Origin: a virus
Taxonomy: Duplodnaviria > Caudoviricetes
Direction: 5' to 3' (one strand)
DNA: 64,000 nucleotides
IMG/VR virus record: IMGVR_UViG_2828164553_000001
Span: 32,001 to 96,000 of that record
The translations under genes were made by a program, and so were the position numbers. The notes beneath the pieces were generated by a model. It saw only the letters and a list, made by a program, of their open reading frames with translations. It was not told the DNA's origin and made no database searches. This document shows positions 36,210-44,644 of this stretch, one piece after another; position 1 is the first letter of the stretch; every line of letters starts with the position of its first letter.

Positions 36210-36655
36210 GCGAATCCATCCGCATCGCAACCCCGCTCACCAAGGTGAGCGAGGGTTTGCGCCTTCGGGCATATGTGTGCCCGGCCGGCAAGCTAACTAT
36301 CGGATGGGGCCACACCGGCACCGACGTGAAGCCAAGTATGACGATCACCCCGGAGCGCGCTGAGCAGCTCCTGGAGGCCGACTTAAAGCGCGCCCTGGCA
36401 GGCGTAAGGGAGCACGTGCGCGTGCCTCTCAAAGCGCACCAGGAGGCCGCTCTCGTGGATTTCGTATTCAATCTGGGCGCAGAGCGGCTACGCACATCTA
36501 CCCTGCTGCGTCTGCTGAACTCTGGAAACTACACGGCAGTGTCCGCACAGCTGACCCGCTGGGTGTATGGCACGGTCAACGGAAAGAGCCGCAAGCTGCC
36601 CGGGCTGATCACCCGACGCGCCGCGAACGTGGCGATGTGGGAAACCAATTCTTGA
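36206..36655 (+). CDS. Endolysin (GH24 lysozyme)
   Basis: EG.RL.AY.CPAG..TIGWGHT catalytic motif, FNLG, GLITRR. Confidence 0.92.
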   Translation: MSESIRIATPLTKVSEGLRLRAYVCPAGKLTIGWGHTGTDVKPSMTITPERAEQLLEADLKRALAGVREHVRVPLKAHQEAALVDFVFNLGAERLRTSTLLRLLNSGNYTAVSAQLTRWVYGTVNGKSRKLPGLITRRAANVAMWETNS

Positions 36656-36740
36656 AGCGCCTTATCCGCAACTTCTGCATCGAGGTGGCCTGTGGCTTCC
36701 TCGCCGCGCTTGGGATTGTGGTGGTACTGGAGCGTCTGCT

Positions 36741-37094
36741 TTGACTCTCCTGCAACTTCTGGCCGCATGCCACTCGTGGAGCGAGCTGTGCGGCACGCTA
36801 GGCGCCATCTGGGGGGCGACCCCAGCGTACCTCCAGGGTCGCTGGTTCGCCTTCTGGGCGCACTATGAGCGCGGTCTGCGTGCGTCTTATCCCGCCTACG
36901 TTTCCTTGGTCGTCTTCGTGCTCCTGCCGATAACCCTGGTGATCGCCATTGCGACTGCCATCAAGGTACTCATGGTGCACATCTGTGGAGTTCTTCCGGA
37001 ACTCTCGCCGCGCTTCTGGCGAGAGCACGTTCGACCGCGAGACCTTCAAAATGGGCAAGCGCGCAGCACAGCTGCCGAAGGACACATGAAGTGA
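36741..37094 (+). CDS. Putative membrane protein
   Basis: Hydrophobic segment; start uncertain. Confidence 0.4.
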   Translation: MTLLQLLAACHSWSELCGTLGAIWGATPAYLQGRWFAFWAHYERGLRASYPAYVSLVVFVLLPITLVIAIATAIKVLMVHICGVLPELSPRFWREHVRPRDLQNGQARSTAAEGHMK

Positions 37095-37168
37095 GATAAG
37101 CGGGCACAGGGACGTGCCTGGCAAGGCGAAGTAGACCACTCCCAAGGCATCAATCCCAAACATGGACC

Positions 37169-37198
37169 TTGACTCACAACTGGGACTTGTGCTACCCT
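37169..37198 (+). promoter_or_regulatory. Sigma70-like promoter overlapping degenerate operators
   Basis: TTGACT-18-TACCCT with TGn extension; ATCCCA and TGGGAC half-sites. Confidence 0.5.
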
Positions 37199-37304
37199 AA
37201 GTGACTTATAGAGTACCTATAGGTTCTCGGTAAGAGTTCTTCTAGTTCAAACAACAGGGGGTACTCTAAGAGAACACTTCAAGTTCTCCTCCGGTGCTCT
37301 CCCA

Positions 37305-37568
37305 GTGCTCCTTAAGTACGTTCCTGCCGTCCTATCCCTCGTCATCCTGGCTGGATGCACTCAGCGCGCACCGCAAGCGATCCCGAAGGGACTGCTGGTG
37401 ACTGCTGACGGAGGTCAGATCATCGTGGTAGGCGACGGATTCAGCTGCGGCGGGGCCACCAAGGCCCACCCCGGCGAGGATGGCCTGAAGGACGCAGTTT
37501 CCAGCTGGGTAGAGTGCAAGCCTGACGCCTCCGCCAGTGCTCCTGCAGGGCCTCCCGATGGCTCGTAG
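37305..37568 (+). CDS. Putative lipoprotein
   Basis: Signal peptide with LAGC lipobox. Confidence 0.55.
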   Translation: MLLKYVPAVLSLVILAGCTQRAPQAIPKGLLVTADGGQIIVVGDGFSCGGATKAHPGEDGLKDAVSSWVECKPDASASAPAGPPDGS

Positions 37569-37631
37569 CTACGCACGTAGCGCCCCTCGGCTTTGACGCC
37601 CGCTATGGGGCACCTGGACGCCTTCCTGCGC

Positions 37632-37835
37632 CTATTCGATACCGCGCAGGGCCTTGGCTTCAGCTAGGTAGGCGTCTTTTTCCGGCGATGGCGGCTGTTT
37701 GCGTACCAAGTTGATGGTCGCGGCAGATGCTGAAATGGCGTCAGTGGTCGAGGTTGGGCGCAGGGACTGCAAAAGACCCTTAAGTACGTCACGCTGAGCA
37801 TTGAGGCGGGCTTCCAGTTCGGTGATCGTGGGCAT
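37632..37835 (-). CDS. Hypothetical protein
   Basis: AAGGA RBS on the minus strand; 67 aa. Confidence 0.55.
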   Translation of the reverse strand: MPTITELEARLNAQRDVLKGLLQSLRPTSTTDAISASAATINLVRKQPPSPEKDAYLAEAKALRGIE

Positions 37836-37884
37836 CGGGTCGTCCTTAGGGTCGAAATGTTTGGCGGAGATTTCCTTGAGGGTA

Positions 37885-38121
37885 TCTGACTCCGAAACGT
37901 CGCGCGAATCCCCCCTCCAGGGGGTCGCAGTGTGCCGCGATTCTTCTCTTCGACGGCCTGCTGCGGCTCTGCCGTCCCTCTCTGCGTCACCTGTCGCCCT
38001 AAGCCGTTGAATTGAAGCGCCCCGCGCTGGATTCCCTATCCAGACGCCACCCAGACCTCAGGCGATAGCGCACGCCTGGTGCGCTCCAGCCGTCCGCGTG
38101 TGTTCGCGTCTGTCTTTCCCT
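37885..38121 (+). other. Predicted direct terminal repeat (single copy in the prophage)
   Basis: TA|TCTGAC...TCCCCCC-TCCA-GGGGGT at the start and TCCCT|ATCTGT at the end mirror the T7 terminal-repeat boundaries as I recall them. Confidence 0.55.
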
Positions 38122-38303
38122 ATCTGTCGTTTTGCTTCTGACCATAGGCGGACACCTGCCGAGCACTTACGGCCCTGCCCTGCCCATGCATAGCCCTTGG
38201 CGCATATCCCAGCAGCCAGCGCGCTAGATGCCCACCCATCTAACACCGACCGGCCGCGGTCAGCGCTCTACCTATTCGTGCGTTCTCTCACATATTTCGT
38301 TAT

Positions 38304-38348
38304 ATCCCGAGATTGGGACTTGACCCGATCATGGAATTGATCTAGCTT
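38304..38348 (+). promoter_or_regulatory. Early sigma70 promoter 1 with adjacent operator
   Basis: ATCCCGAGATTGGGAC (38304-19) abuts TTGACC-17-TAGCTT. Confidence 0.7.
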
Positions 38349-38354
38349 ATATCC

Positions 38355-38570
38355 CATCGGCCAGCCACACCGGCCGGCGCGATCCCTGAGCCGCCCAGCG
38401 CGGCGCTAAGAGAAGCAATCGGATTCAACCGGCCCCAGCCCGTGCAATGCGCTACTGGGGCGGCCTTCAAGGGCCTGCGACTACGCCGAGAGGCAACCGC
38501 AGGGGAACCGAAAGAGGCCAAGGCGGCTAGAGGCCGCACGGTTCCGGGGTGCTCTCAGGCATAGCCGCAA
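38355..38570 (+). ncRNA. Candidate structured non-coding RNA 1
   Basis: Closing stem CCTGAG/CTCAGG encloses several hairpins; no credible ORF. Confidence 0.5.
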
Positions 38571-38571
38571 C

Positions 38572-38622
38572 ATCCCAACATTGGGAAATAACTTGACAAC
38601 GGGACGATTCCAGATTTAGGAT
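38572..38622 (+). promoter_or_regulatory. Early sigma70 promoter 2 with two operators
   Basis: ATCCCAACATTGGGAA, TTGACA-18-TAGGAT, and ATTCCAGATTTAGGAT overlapping the -10. Confidence 0.75.
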
Positions 38623-38628
38623 ATGTCC

Positions 38629-38925
38629 CACGGTCGCTGAGGCGGCCAGCTGGCAAAGCGGGAAGCTCTCCCGTCGCATTCCGACCCTTGCACGGGGTCG
38701 TAAATAACACGGTGCGGCTGGACCAGCTAAGGCGCGATGAGGCGTCGTTGCGGGAAGTCCGGGACGGGAATGGCTATGCCTTCGCCCACCCACATGACGA
38801 CCCCTCAACGACAGCGGAGCGGCACTGGCCCGAAACCGGCACGGCCTGACAATCCTGCACACCGCAGGAGAGTCGGGCCACTCAAGCGCCTCAGCAACAC
38901 GGGGGTGTTTGAGTGGCTTGATTCA
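38629..38925 (+). ncRNA. Candidate structured non-coding RNA / leader 2
   Basis: 9-bp closing stem GCTGAGGCG/CGCCTCAGC, internal hairpins, and an alternative 16-bp hairpin before the RBS. Confidence 0.5.
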
Positions 38926-38937
38926 CTGGAGAACCCG

Positions 38938-39090
38938 ATGGAACACGATGCGATCCCCTACGTTGCACCCGACGACCGCTTGATGGACACCGTGAGGTGG
39001 GAGCTGGCGTGCTACCGGACGAGTATCGGCCGTACTGAAGCTTTGTCCATTGCATCCCACATCTGGCACAAATCCCACGAAGGAGCGTGA
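38938..39090 (+). CDS. Early small hypothetical protein
   Basis: GGAG RBS; MEHDAIPYVAPDD... Confidence 0.55.
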   Translation: MEHDAIPYVAPDDRLMDTVRWELACYRTSIGRTEALSIASHIWHKSHEGA

Positions 39091-39091
39091 C

Positions 39092-39289
39092 ATGACTAGG
39101 CATAAGGAAGCGCACCACAGAAGAGTTCAAGCCGGCATGGGGAGGCCGGCAAGAAGAGCGCAGTACACCTGCCTGCGCGTCGTTGGCCGTTGGGTGCTGC
39201 GGCACCACGGCCTTGCGGTTGGCATCTATCCAACTCTGGGCGCACTTGTGGCGGCCCGGATCGAACACGAGGGACGCACTCATGGCTGA
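39092..39289 (+). CDS. Early hypothetical protein
   Basis: AAGGAG RBS. Confidence 0.55.
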   Translation: MTRHKEAHHRRVQAGMGRPARRAQYTCLRVVGRWVLRHHGLAVGIYPTLGALVAARIEHEGRTHG

Positions 39290-39518
39290 GCACGACGGGA
39301 TCACTGAGGGGCTGGAGTGCGACAACGCCGCAGTCATGGCCGGCTTCACTCGCGAAATATTCGCCAGGACAACGACGCTCGATCTGCACCTATTGATCCG
39401 CCCCGACACTGATTTAGACGGACACTTCCGCGCCTGGTGCACTGACGAGCAGGAGTGGCTGCGGATCGGGGGGTGGAACTTCTGCATTCAGGACGTAAAC
39501 TCTGGAGCGTCCGCATGA
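39282..39518 (+). CDS. Early hypothetical protein
   Basis: GAGGG RBS; ATGA coupling. Confidence 0.6.
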   Translation: MAEHDGITEGLECDNAAVMAGFTREIFARTTTLDLHLLIRPDTDLDGHFRAWCTDEQEWLRIGGWNFCIQDVNSGASA

Positions 39519-39676
39519 TCGAGGAGGACGCTTTGAAGCTCACCAAGCTGCGCGCTGAGATTCGCAAACTCAACCGCGAGTCGGACAAGCTGATGCTTGA
39601 GACTCGCTGGTATCCGATGGTCGTCACCACGGCGCTGTTCGCAGCGGTCGCGGCGGTCATCAAGTTGTTCGGCTGA
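39515..39676 (+). CDS. Early small coiled-coil/TM protein
   Basis: GGAG RBS; C-terminal hydrophobic helix. Confidence 0.6.
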   Translation: MIEEDALKLTKLRAEIRKLNRESDKLMLETRWYPMVVTTALFAAVAAVIKLFG

Positions 39677-39821
39677 ATGCCTGAAGTACCAGCGGGAGCG
39701 CTGCCCTAGCGCTACACCGGATGGGCTGCCTACGGCCCGGTGGCTGGTGAGTAAATCCTAGCAACCAGGTAAGCACCCGCACATCACTGGACGACGCGCC
39801 GCGCTGTCCGAAAATTCCCAC

Positions 39822-39844
39822 AAGCCGCCTCCGGGCGGTTTTTT
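39822..39844 (+). terminator. Intrinsic terminator in the early region
   Basis: AAGCCGCC-TCCG-GGCGGTT followed by a T-tract. Confidence 0.75.
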
Positions 39845-39864
39845 GTTGCCCGGAGAACGGCTGC

Positions 39865-40053
39865 ATGACATCGCACCAAAGCATCATCGACCGCGATATT
39901 GAGCAATACGAAAGCGACGTAGAGCACCACTCAATGGCGCTCCTGCGCTGTCCGAACGGTCAGGAGTGGCTGCACCGCCGCCGGAGGGATGCGGCCGCGT
40001 CAGCCGCAAGCGCGCTGCGGACGTACCGCGAAGCGCTGAAGGCCACCGCATGA
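39865..40053 (+). CDS. Early hypothetical protein
   Basis: GGAG RBS; ATGA overlap with ardA. Confidence 0.55.
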   Translation: MTSHQSIIDRDIEQYESDVEHHSMALLRCPNGQEWLHRRRRDAAASAASALRTYREALKATA

Positions 40054-40676
40054 GCAATCCACGCATCTACGTGGCCTGCCTGGCCTCCTACAACAATGGC
40101 GTCCTGCATGGGCGCTGGATCGAACTGGACGGGATGGACGCCGACGACGTGCAGGCGGAGATTGCCGCGATGCTGCGCGAGTCGCCACACCCGAACGTGA
40201 CCGCGGAGTGCCCGGAGTGCGAGGGCAGCGGCGACGCCGCCCCTGATCGTCCAGCGGGAGTCCCGCCGCTGTGCGCAATATGCAACGGCACCGGCAAGGT
40301 GCCAAGCGCTGAGGAATGGGCCGTCCATGACAGCGAAGACCTGCCGACCAGCTTCCGGGACACCGAACACCCCGACCTGTCCGCTTTGATGGAACGACTG
40401 GAGGAGCTGGAAGACCTCAGTGATGACGAACGCGAAGCCTTCGATGCCTTCTGCGAGGTCGAGGGGGAAGAGGACGTGGATACGTTCCGCGAGCGTTACA
40501 TCGGCGAGTTCAACAGCTGGGCGGAGATGGCCGAGCACCACGCGGACGAAACTGCGCTTCTTGAGGACGTCCCCGAGAACCTGCGGCGCTACTTCGATTA
40601 CGAAAGCTACGGCCGTGACATGCGGGCGGGGGGCGAGGCCTACGAATCGCACGGCCACTACTTCTGGAGCCACTGA
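40050..40676 (+). CDS. ardA: ArdA antirestriction protein with inserted CxxCxGxG zinc finger
   Basis: IYVACLASYNNG.L.G.W, EEWAVHD, YFDYESYGRD motifs; highly acidic. Confidence 0.88.
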   Translation: MSNPRIYVACLASYNNGVLHGRWIELDGMDADDVQAEIAAMLRESPHPNVTAECPECEGSGDAAPDRPAGVPPLCAICNGTGKVPSAEEWAVHDSEDLPTSFRDTEHPDLSALMERLEELEDLSDDEREAFDAFCEVEGEEDVDTFRERYIGEFNSWAEMAEHHADETALLEDVPENLRRYFDYESYGRDMRAGGEAYESHGHYFWSH

Positions 40677-40677
40677 C

Positions 40678-41208
40678 ATGAGCACCATCGAGCTGCACGG
40701 CCTGACCTTCGCCGTCGAGAAGGAACACGACTACGACGCCGGCGCGCCTTGGGACAGCGAGGAGGGACACGGGCCGGTCTCTGACTGGCGACACAAGCGC
40801 ACCAAGCGCCCCGGTGAGCTGGTGTTGAATCAGCACAGCCCGATGGAAGTCCGCTTCTACGACTTCGCGGAAGCCTGCAAGATCGCCCTACGTGATGGCT
40901 GGGGATCGCGCTACGCCGAGCCGGGCATGAGCAGGCGCCAGGTCGCCGCACTGGCCGCCCGCGAGGACTACGAACACCTCAAGGCGTGGTGCCGCGATGG
41001 TTGGGGATACATCGGCGTAATCGTCACGCTGCTTGATGCGGACGGCAACAAGACCGACTACAGCGATGAACTATGGGGCGTCGCGGATGACGGTTCACAC
41101 GCTGACACGATGGCTTGCGACCTCGCACTGAGTATCGGTGCGCTGGTGAACTGGGGACCGACTATTGAGCTGCCGGCGCGCACTGTCGAGTTGCGGAGGG
41201 CCGCATAA
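40678..41208 (+). CDS. Early hypothetical protein
   Basis: GGAG RBS; 176 aa. Confidence 0.7.
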   Translation: MSTIELHGLTFAVEKEHDYDAGAPWDSEEGHGPVSDWRHKRTKRPGELVLNQHSPMEVRFYDFAEACKIALRDGWGSRYAEPGMSRRQVAALAAREDYEHLKAWCRDGWGYIGVIVTLLDADGNKTDYSDELWGVADDGSHADTMACDLALSIGALVNWGPTIELPARTVELRRAA

Positions 41209-41286
41209 GCGGCTGTCACAACCAACACGCACACGGTGCTTCTGCGACAGGCGACTCGGGGCAGGGACACATGGATTTGGCCGCCA

Positions 41287-41838
41287 CTATTTCCGAAATT
41301 TCTGAAAACGAAGATAGCGCCCGAAGGCTGATTCGACTCGCCCACGCACATCGCCAATTTTTTTCTCTACTGCCCGCAGGGTTGCCATGTCATTCAGCGT
41401 GACCGCATCTGAGAGGTCGAAAGGCGACTTGCGCTCAAGACCTGTCGCCTCTCTCCGGATCAACTCCATATCGCTCCTGATTGCATACATGAGGCTTGTC
41501 ACCTCCCTGCCGAAGAGGAAGGACGCTTCAAGGAGGCAATCGTCAAATTCTGCAAGAACGTCCGCCGGGATGTCCTCGTACGGCTTGTGGAAACAATTGC
41601 TCTTTTGTCGGTACGCCGGCCCGCGCCGCCATCGGACCTCTGCCAGTACGCAATCTAGCAACCTTATTGTGGCCTTGTAGACCCTCAACCTTCGGTCATA
41701 CGAATCAAGCCGAAGTTTGATGGTTCCAGTTCGCCACTGAGCAACTGCGACCGCCACGCCCAATGCCGCGACGGCAGGGCCGAGAGTGGCTTTCATGAAT
41801 TCAATTACATCAACCATCGAGTCCCCAGTGATCAACAT
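41287..41838 (-). CDS. Moron: N-terminal TM hypothetical protein
   Basis: Reverse orientation, lower GC, hydrophobic N-terminal helix. Confidence 0.65.
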   Translation of the reverse strand: MLITGDSMVDVIEFMKATLGPAVAALGVAVAVAQWRTGTIKLRLDSYDRRLRVYKATIRLLDCVLAEVRWRRGPAYRQKSNCFHKPYEDIPADVLAEFDDCLLEASFLFGREVTSLMYAIRSDMELIRREATGLERKSPFDLSDAVTLNDMATLRAVEKKIGDVRGRVESAFGRYLRFQKFRK

Positions 41839-41889
41839 TCGGGGCTATTGGAGCACAGCTATGCAGTTTAAAAAGCTAGGAGCGCGGCG

Positions 41890-42156
41890 TTGAACAGCTT
41901 CTTCGATCCACGCGCCGACACTGCAGTCCACGCACCAGACGGCAAGGTATTTGCCTATGGTCCCCGCATCACCCGCGGGGGCACCTTCGGCAAACCTGAG
42001 TACGCCGAGCCTCCCAACCCCGGCGAGACGCCCGACCACTGGGAGGTCCGCTGGGTGGACTACTACGACAACGCGGGCCACTTCATAGACGGCTGGATCG
42101 CGGACTGCGCGGTCGAAGCGCACGCGAAGTTGCTGGCCAAGGCACTAAGTCAGTGA
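41890..42156 (+). CDS. Early hypothetical protein
   Basis: AGGAG RBS before a TTG start. Confidence 0.6.
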   Translation: MNSFFDPRADTAVHAPDGKVFAYGPRITRGGTFGKPEYAEPPNPGETPDHWEVRWVDYYDNAGHFIDGWIADCAVEAHAKLLAKALSQ

Positions 42157-42329
42157 AGGCGGTCGCAGACTTTAGACAGCATGCTGCCTCAATTAAAGCT
42201 AAGGCCTTGGGCCATTCTTTCAATTAGTAAAAGGCCGCCGACATAGCGTCGGCGACCAATGTTAAAACAGCTTTACTCAAAAGCTCCGAGATACTTCGCT
42301 TCTCAGCATAATTTCAAAAAAATTCAAAC

Positions 42330-42581
42330 CTACTTACTAGCCCGAGTTGGCGCGATGAAGTTAAAAAACCATCTCCAAGCTGACGTCACAGTCAACAAGC
42401 ACACTAGGCCCGAGAGAGCAGCCAAGATTACCATCCAGGGCTTCAGTGCTACAGGGAACGGCGGGTTCGAAAATGCGGCAGGCGCAACAAATCCAGACCA
42501 AACGCACACGATAAACGAAACCATGAATATTGCGGCAGTCCTCCCGCGAGGATAGCTTAATCCCAACATGTAGCACCTCAT
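42330..42581 (-). CDS. Small two-TM membrane protein (moron)
   Basis: Two hydrophobic helices; lies downstream of 42604..43494. Confidence 0.55.
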   Translation of the reverse strand: MRCYMLGLSYPRGRTAAIFMVSFIVCVWSGFVAPAAFSNPPFPVALKPWMVILAALSGLVCLLTVTSAWRWFFNFIAPTRASK

Positions 42582-42603
42582 GGATGAAATTTGACTTTTA
42601 AAG

Positions 42604-43494
42604 TTAGTCGTACTTGTAATTACAGGTAGTCTCAGGCTGCCCGTTTACGGTCCCTGTGACACAGATAACTCCATTGACTTTCCTCACGGGCGCCCCTTTC
42701 TCCATATTAACACCGATGATGAAAAGCTGATTCACAAACGCTGCCACATCCGTCTGACTCGACCCTGCGAAGTTGTAAACGGTCGTAACCCCAGGATTCT
42801 TGGGCAATTGATCTTTGTTTTGCGGTATTACATTGTTCGCGTTGTCTCGATATGATCCAGGCACCGGCTTAAACGTCTGAAAATCGCGATCCCAGAAATA
42901 TCGAGCCACTCCACCATCTGCATAACGCACGATGATTGGGATTTTGATATCACGCGCTAAAACTGGATTTACACCATTAACGATCATTTGAAGCATCCCG
43001 TAGAAGGGATGGCCGAGGAGCCAATTACTAACCGCCACTTGCCTACCAGGATTATACATGTCGTCATAAGGGGTTGTCGGAAATCCCGGCTGAGCAATGA
43101 TTTCAGGCTCTGCGGATGCTGTTCGCATAGCAGCCATGTAATTACTCATCCCGGACTCTACCGGCAGAACCGTGGGTACGATTACTGGGAGACAACCAGG
43201 GCGTGGCTGAGAACTGGGAGGACAAGGCACATCGCCTTCCCAGGTTCTTTGCATTCTCCACTTAAGAGTTCGGTCGTTACTGGCGTTTACGACATATATC
43301 TCTGTGGTGGAGGGCAAAGGTTGCGTTTGGGCGTACTGCCGCGCAGCTATCTGCATAGCTCCAGGCGCGCAACCTTCGCAGGAAATGGCTACTTCCTTGA
43401 CCTGTGCTGAAACATCACCGGTATATAAAAAAGAGCATACCGCGATTACCGGCAGTAATAGGGTGACTAGCTTTCCTGTGACCTTGTCGTGCAT
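42604..43494 (-). CDS. Secreted Cys-containing hypothetical protein (moron)
   Basis: GGAG RBS, Sec signal peptide (VSA-Q), three Cys pairs, AT-rich. Confidence 0.75.
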   Translation of the reverse strand: MHDKVTGKLVTLLLPVIAVCSFLYTGDVSAQVKEVAISCEGCAPGAMQIAARQYAQTQPLPSTTEIYVVNASNDRTLKWRMQRTWEGDVPCPPSSQPRPGCLPVIVPTVLPVESGMSNYMAAMRTASAEPEIIAQPGFPTTPYDDMYNPGRQVAVSNWLLGHPFYGMLQMIVNGVNPVLARDIKIPIIVRYADGGVARYFWDRDFQTFKPVPGSYRDNANNVIPQNKDQLPKNPGVTTVYNFAGSSQTDVAAFVNQLFIIGVNMEKGAPVRKVNGVICVTGTVNGQPETTCNYKYD

Positions 43495-43707
43495 TTCTCG
43501 CTCCATGATTTTAGGTTTTGTGCAGGCCCCCTGTTGCCCACGTCCGTTTATAGCACGTGAAGAAGCTGCGTCTACTTTCTTGACGCGATTCGCAGAAGGC
43601 GCGGCCTGCAAACGAATGGTCTTGCCGCATCTATGTCCTTCAATCGTTTCGAAAAATGGCAATACCACGCCTTTGGGAGGCTAATCTTGTGAACCACGTT
43701 GTGAAAA

Positions 43708-43958
43708 TGAACGTCGACGATCTTTTCGACTACATGTCGCAAAGGTCTGCGAAAGCGGGCAAGCGCGCTTTGGAGCGGGACAAGATCACAGCAGATGTTT
43801 CTTCGCGTCCTGCTGCGGAGACGTCAAAGATTGACCTGATCCTCGACTCCAGGGGACGCCCCCTGGTCTCCATCTGTGAGATGACCGGGCGCTTTAATAG
43901 CCGCCTGCGAGACACAACGCATGACACCTACGACGACGACGAGGGGGCCGATCAATGA
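43708..43958 (+). CDS. Hypothetical protein
   Basis: ORF with acidic tail and ATGA coupling; start uncertain (possibly 43690). Confidence 0.45.
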
Positions 43959-44149
43959 GCTGCGCCGCGCGTATGGTCACGACTTCGCACAACACGGGGA
44001 ACGATCTTCTGACTGCAATTGGCGATGCACTCGCAGCGGCACGTGTGGCGGCGCCTGAGGTGCCTGTCCAACTGCACGCGATTTCAAGGGAAGGCGGAGA
44101 GTGGGAGCTGACAGTAGTGCGTCGCCCGATGCCCGAGAGCAACTCTTGA
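43955..44149 (+). CDS. Hypothetical protein
   Basis: GAGGGGG RBS; ATGA overlap. Confidence 0.45.
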   Translation: MSCAARMVTTSHNTGNDLLTAIGDALAAARVAAPEVPVQLHAISREGGEWELTVVRRPMPESNS

Positions 44150-44644
44150 AGCCGGCAGAAGCGGCGCGAGAAGCGGGCATTCTTTTCGTGAAGACAGTGT
44201 TCCTTGCCTTTCTGTGCGGAGGCGTACTTCTAACACTCCTGGCGCCATTCCTGGCCTTATTTGCCCACGCTTGATGGCAGCCATGTCGCTGCCGGCACAA
44301 GAATTGCTAGTGATACTAACTTCGCATGGCATCTGAGGTTCTCGACTGAGATCGTTCTACACCCACCACATAACCCTAATTCGCGATATGGCCTAAATTT
44401 GATACGAGAGAAAGACTCAGTGAACTTCTTGAAGAGCCTGCTTGCTCTACTTTGCCGCCGTCCAAGATTCTTCCTAATCGAGGCTACGCCCAACCAGAAA
44501 GGCTTCTGGGTGGACGTGATCAACGTCAATTGCATGTATATCGGTCTCGGGATCGGTATCATTGCAATTGAGGGACATGACCCTTAATCGCGAAGAAGGA
44601 TGGATGCGGCTTCGCGCTCACCAGGCACATACGGAGCCGTCTCC

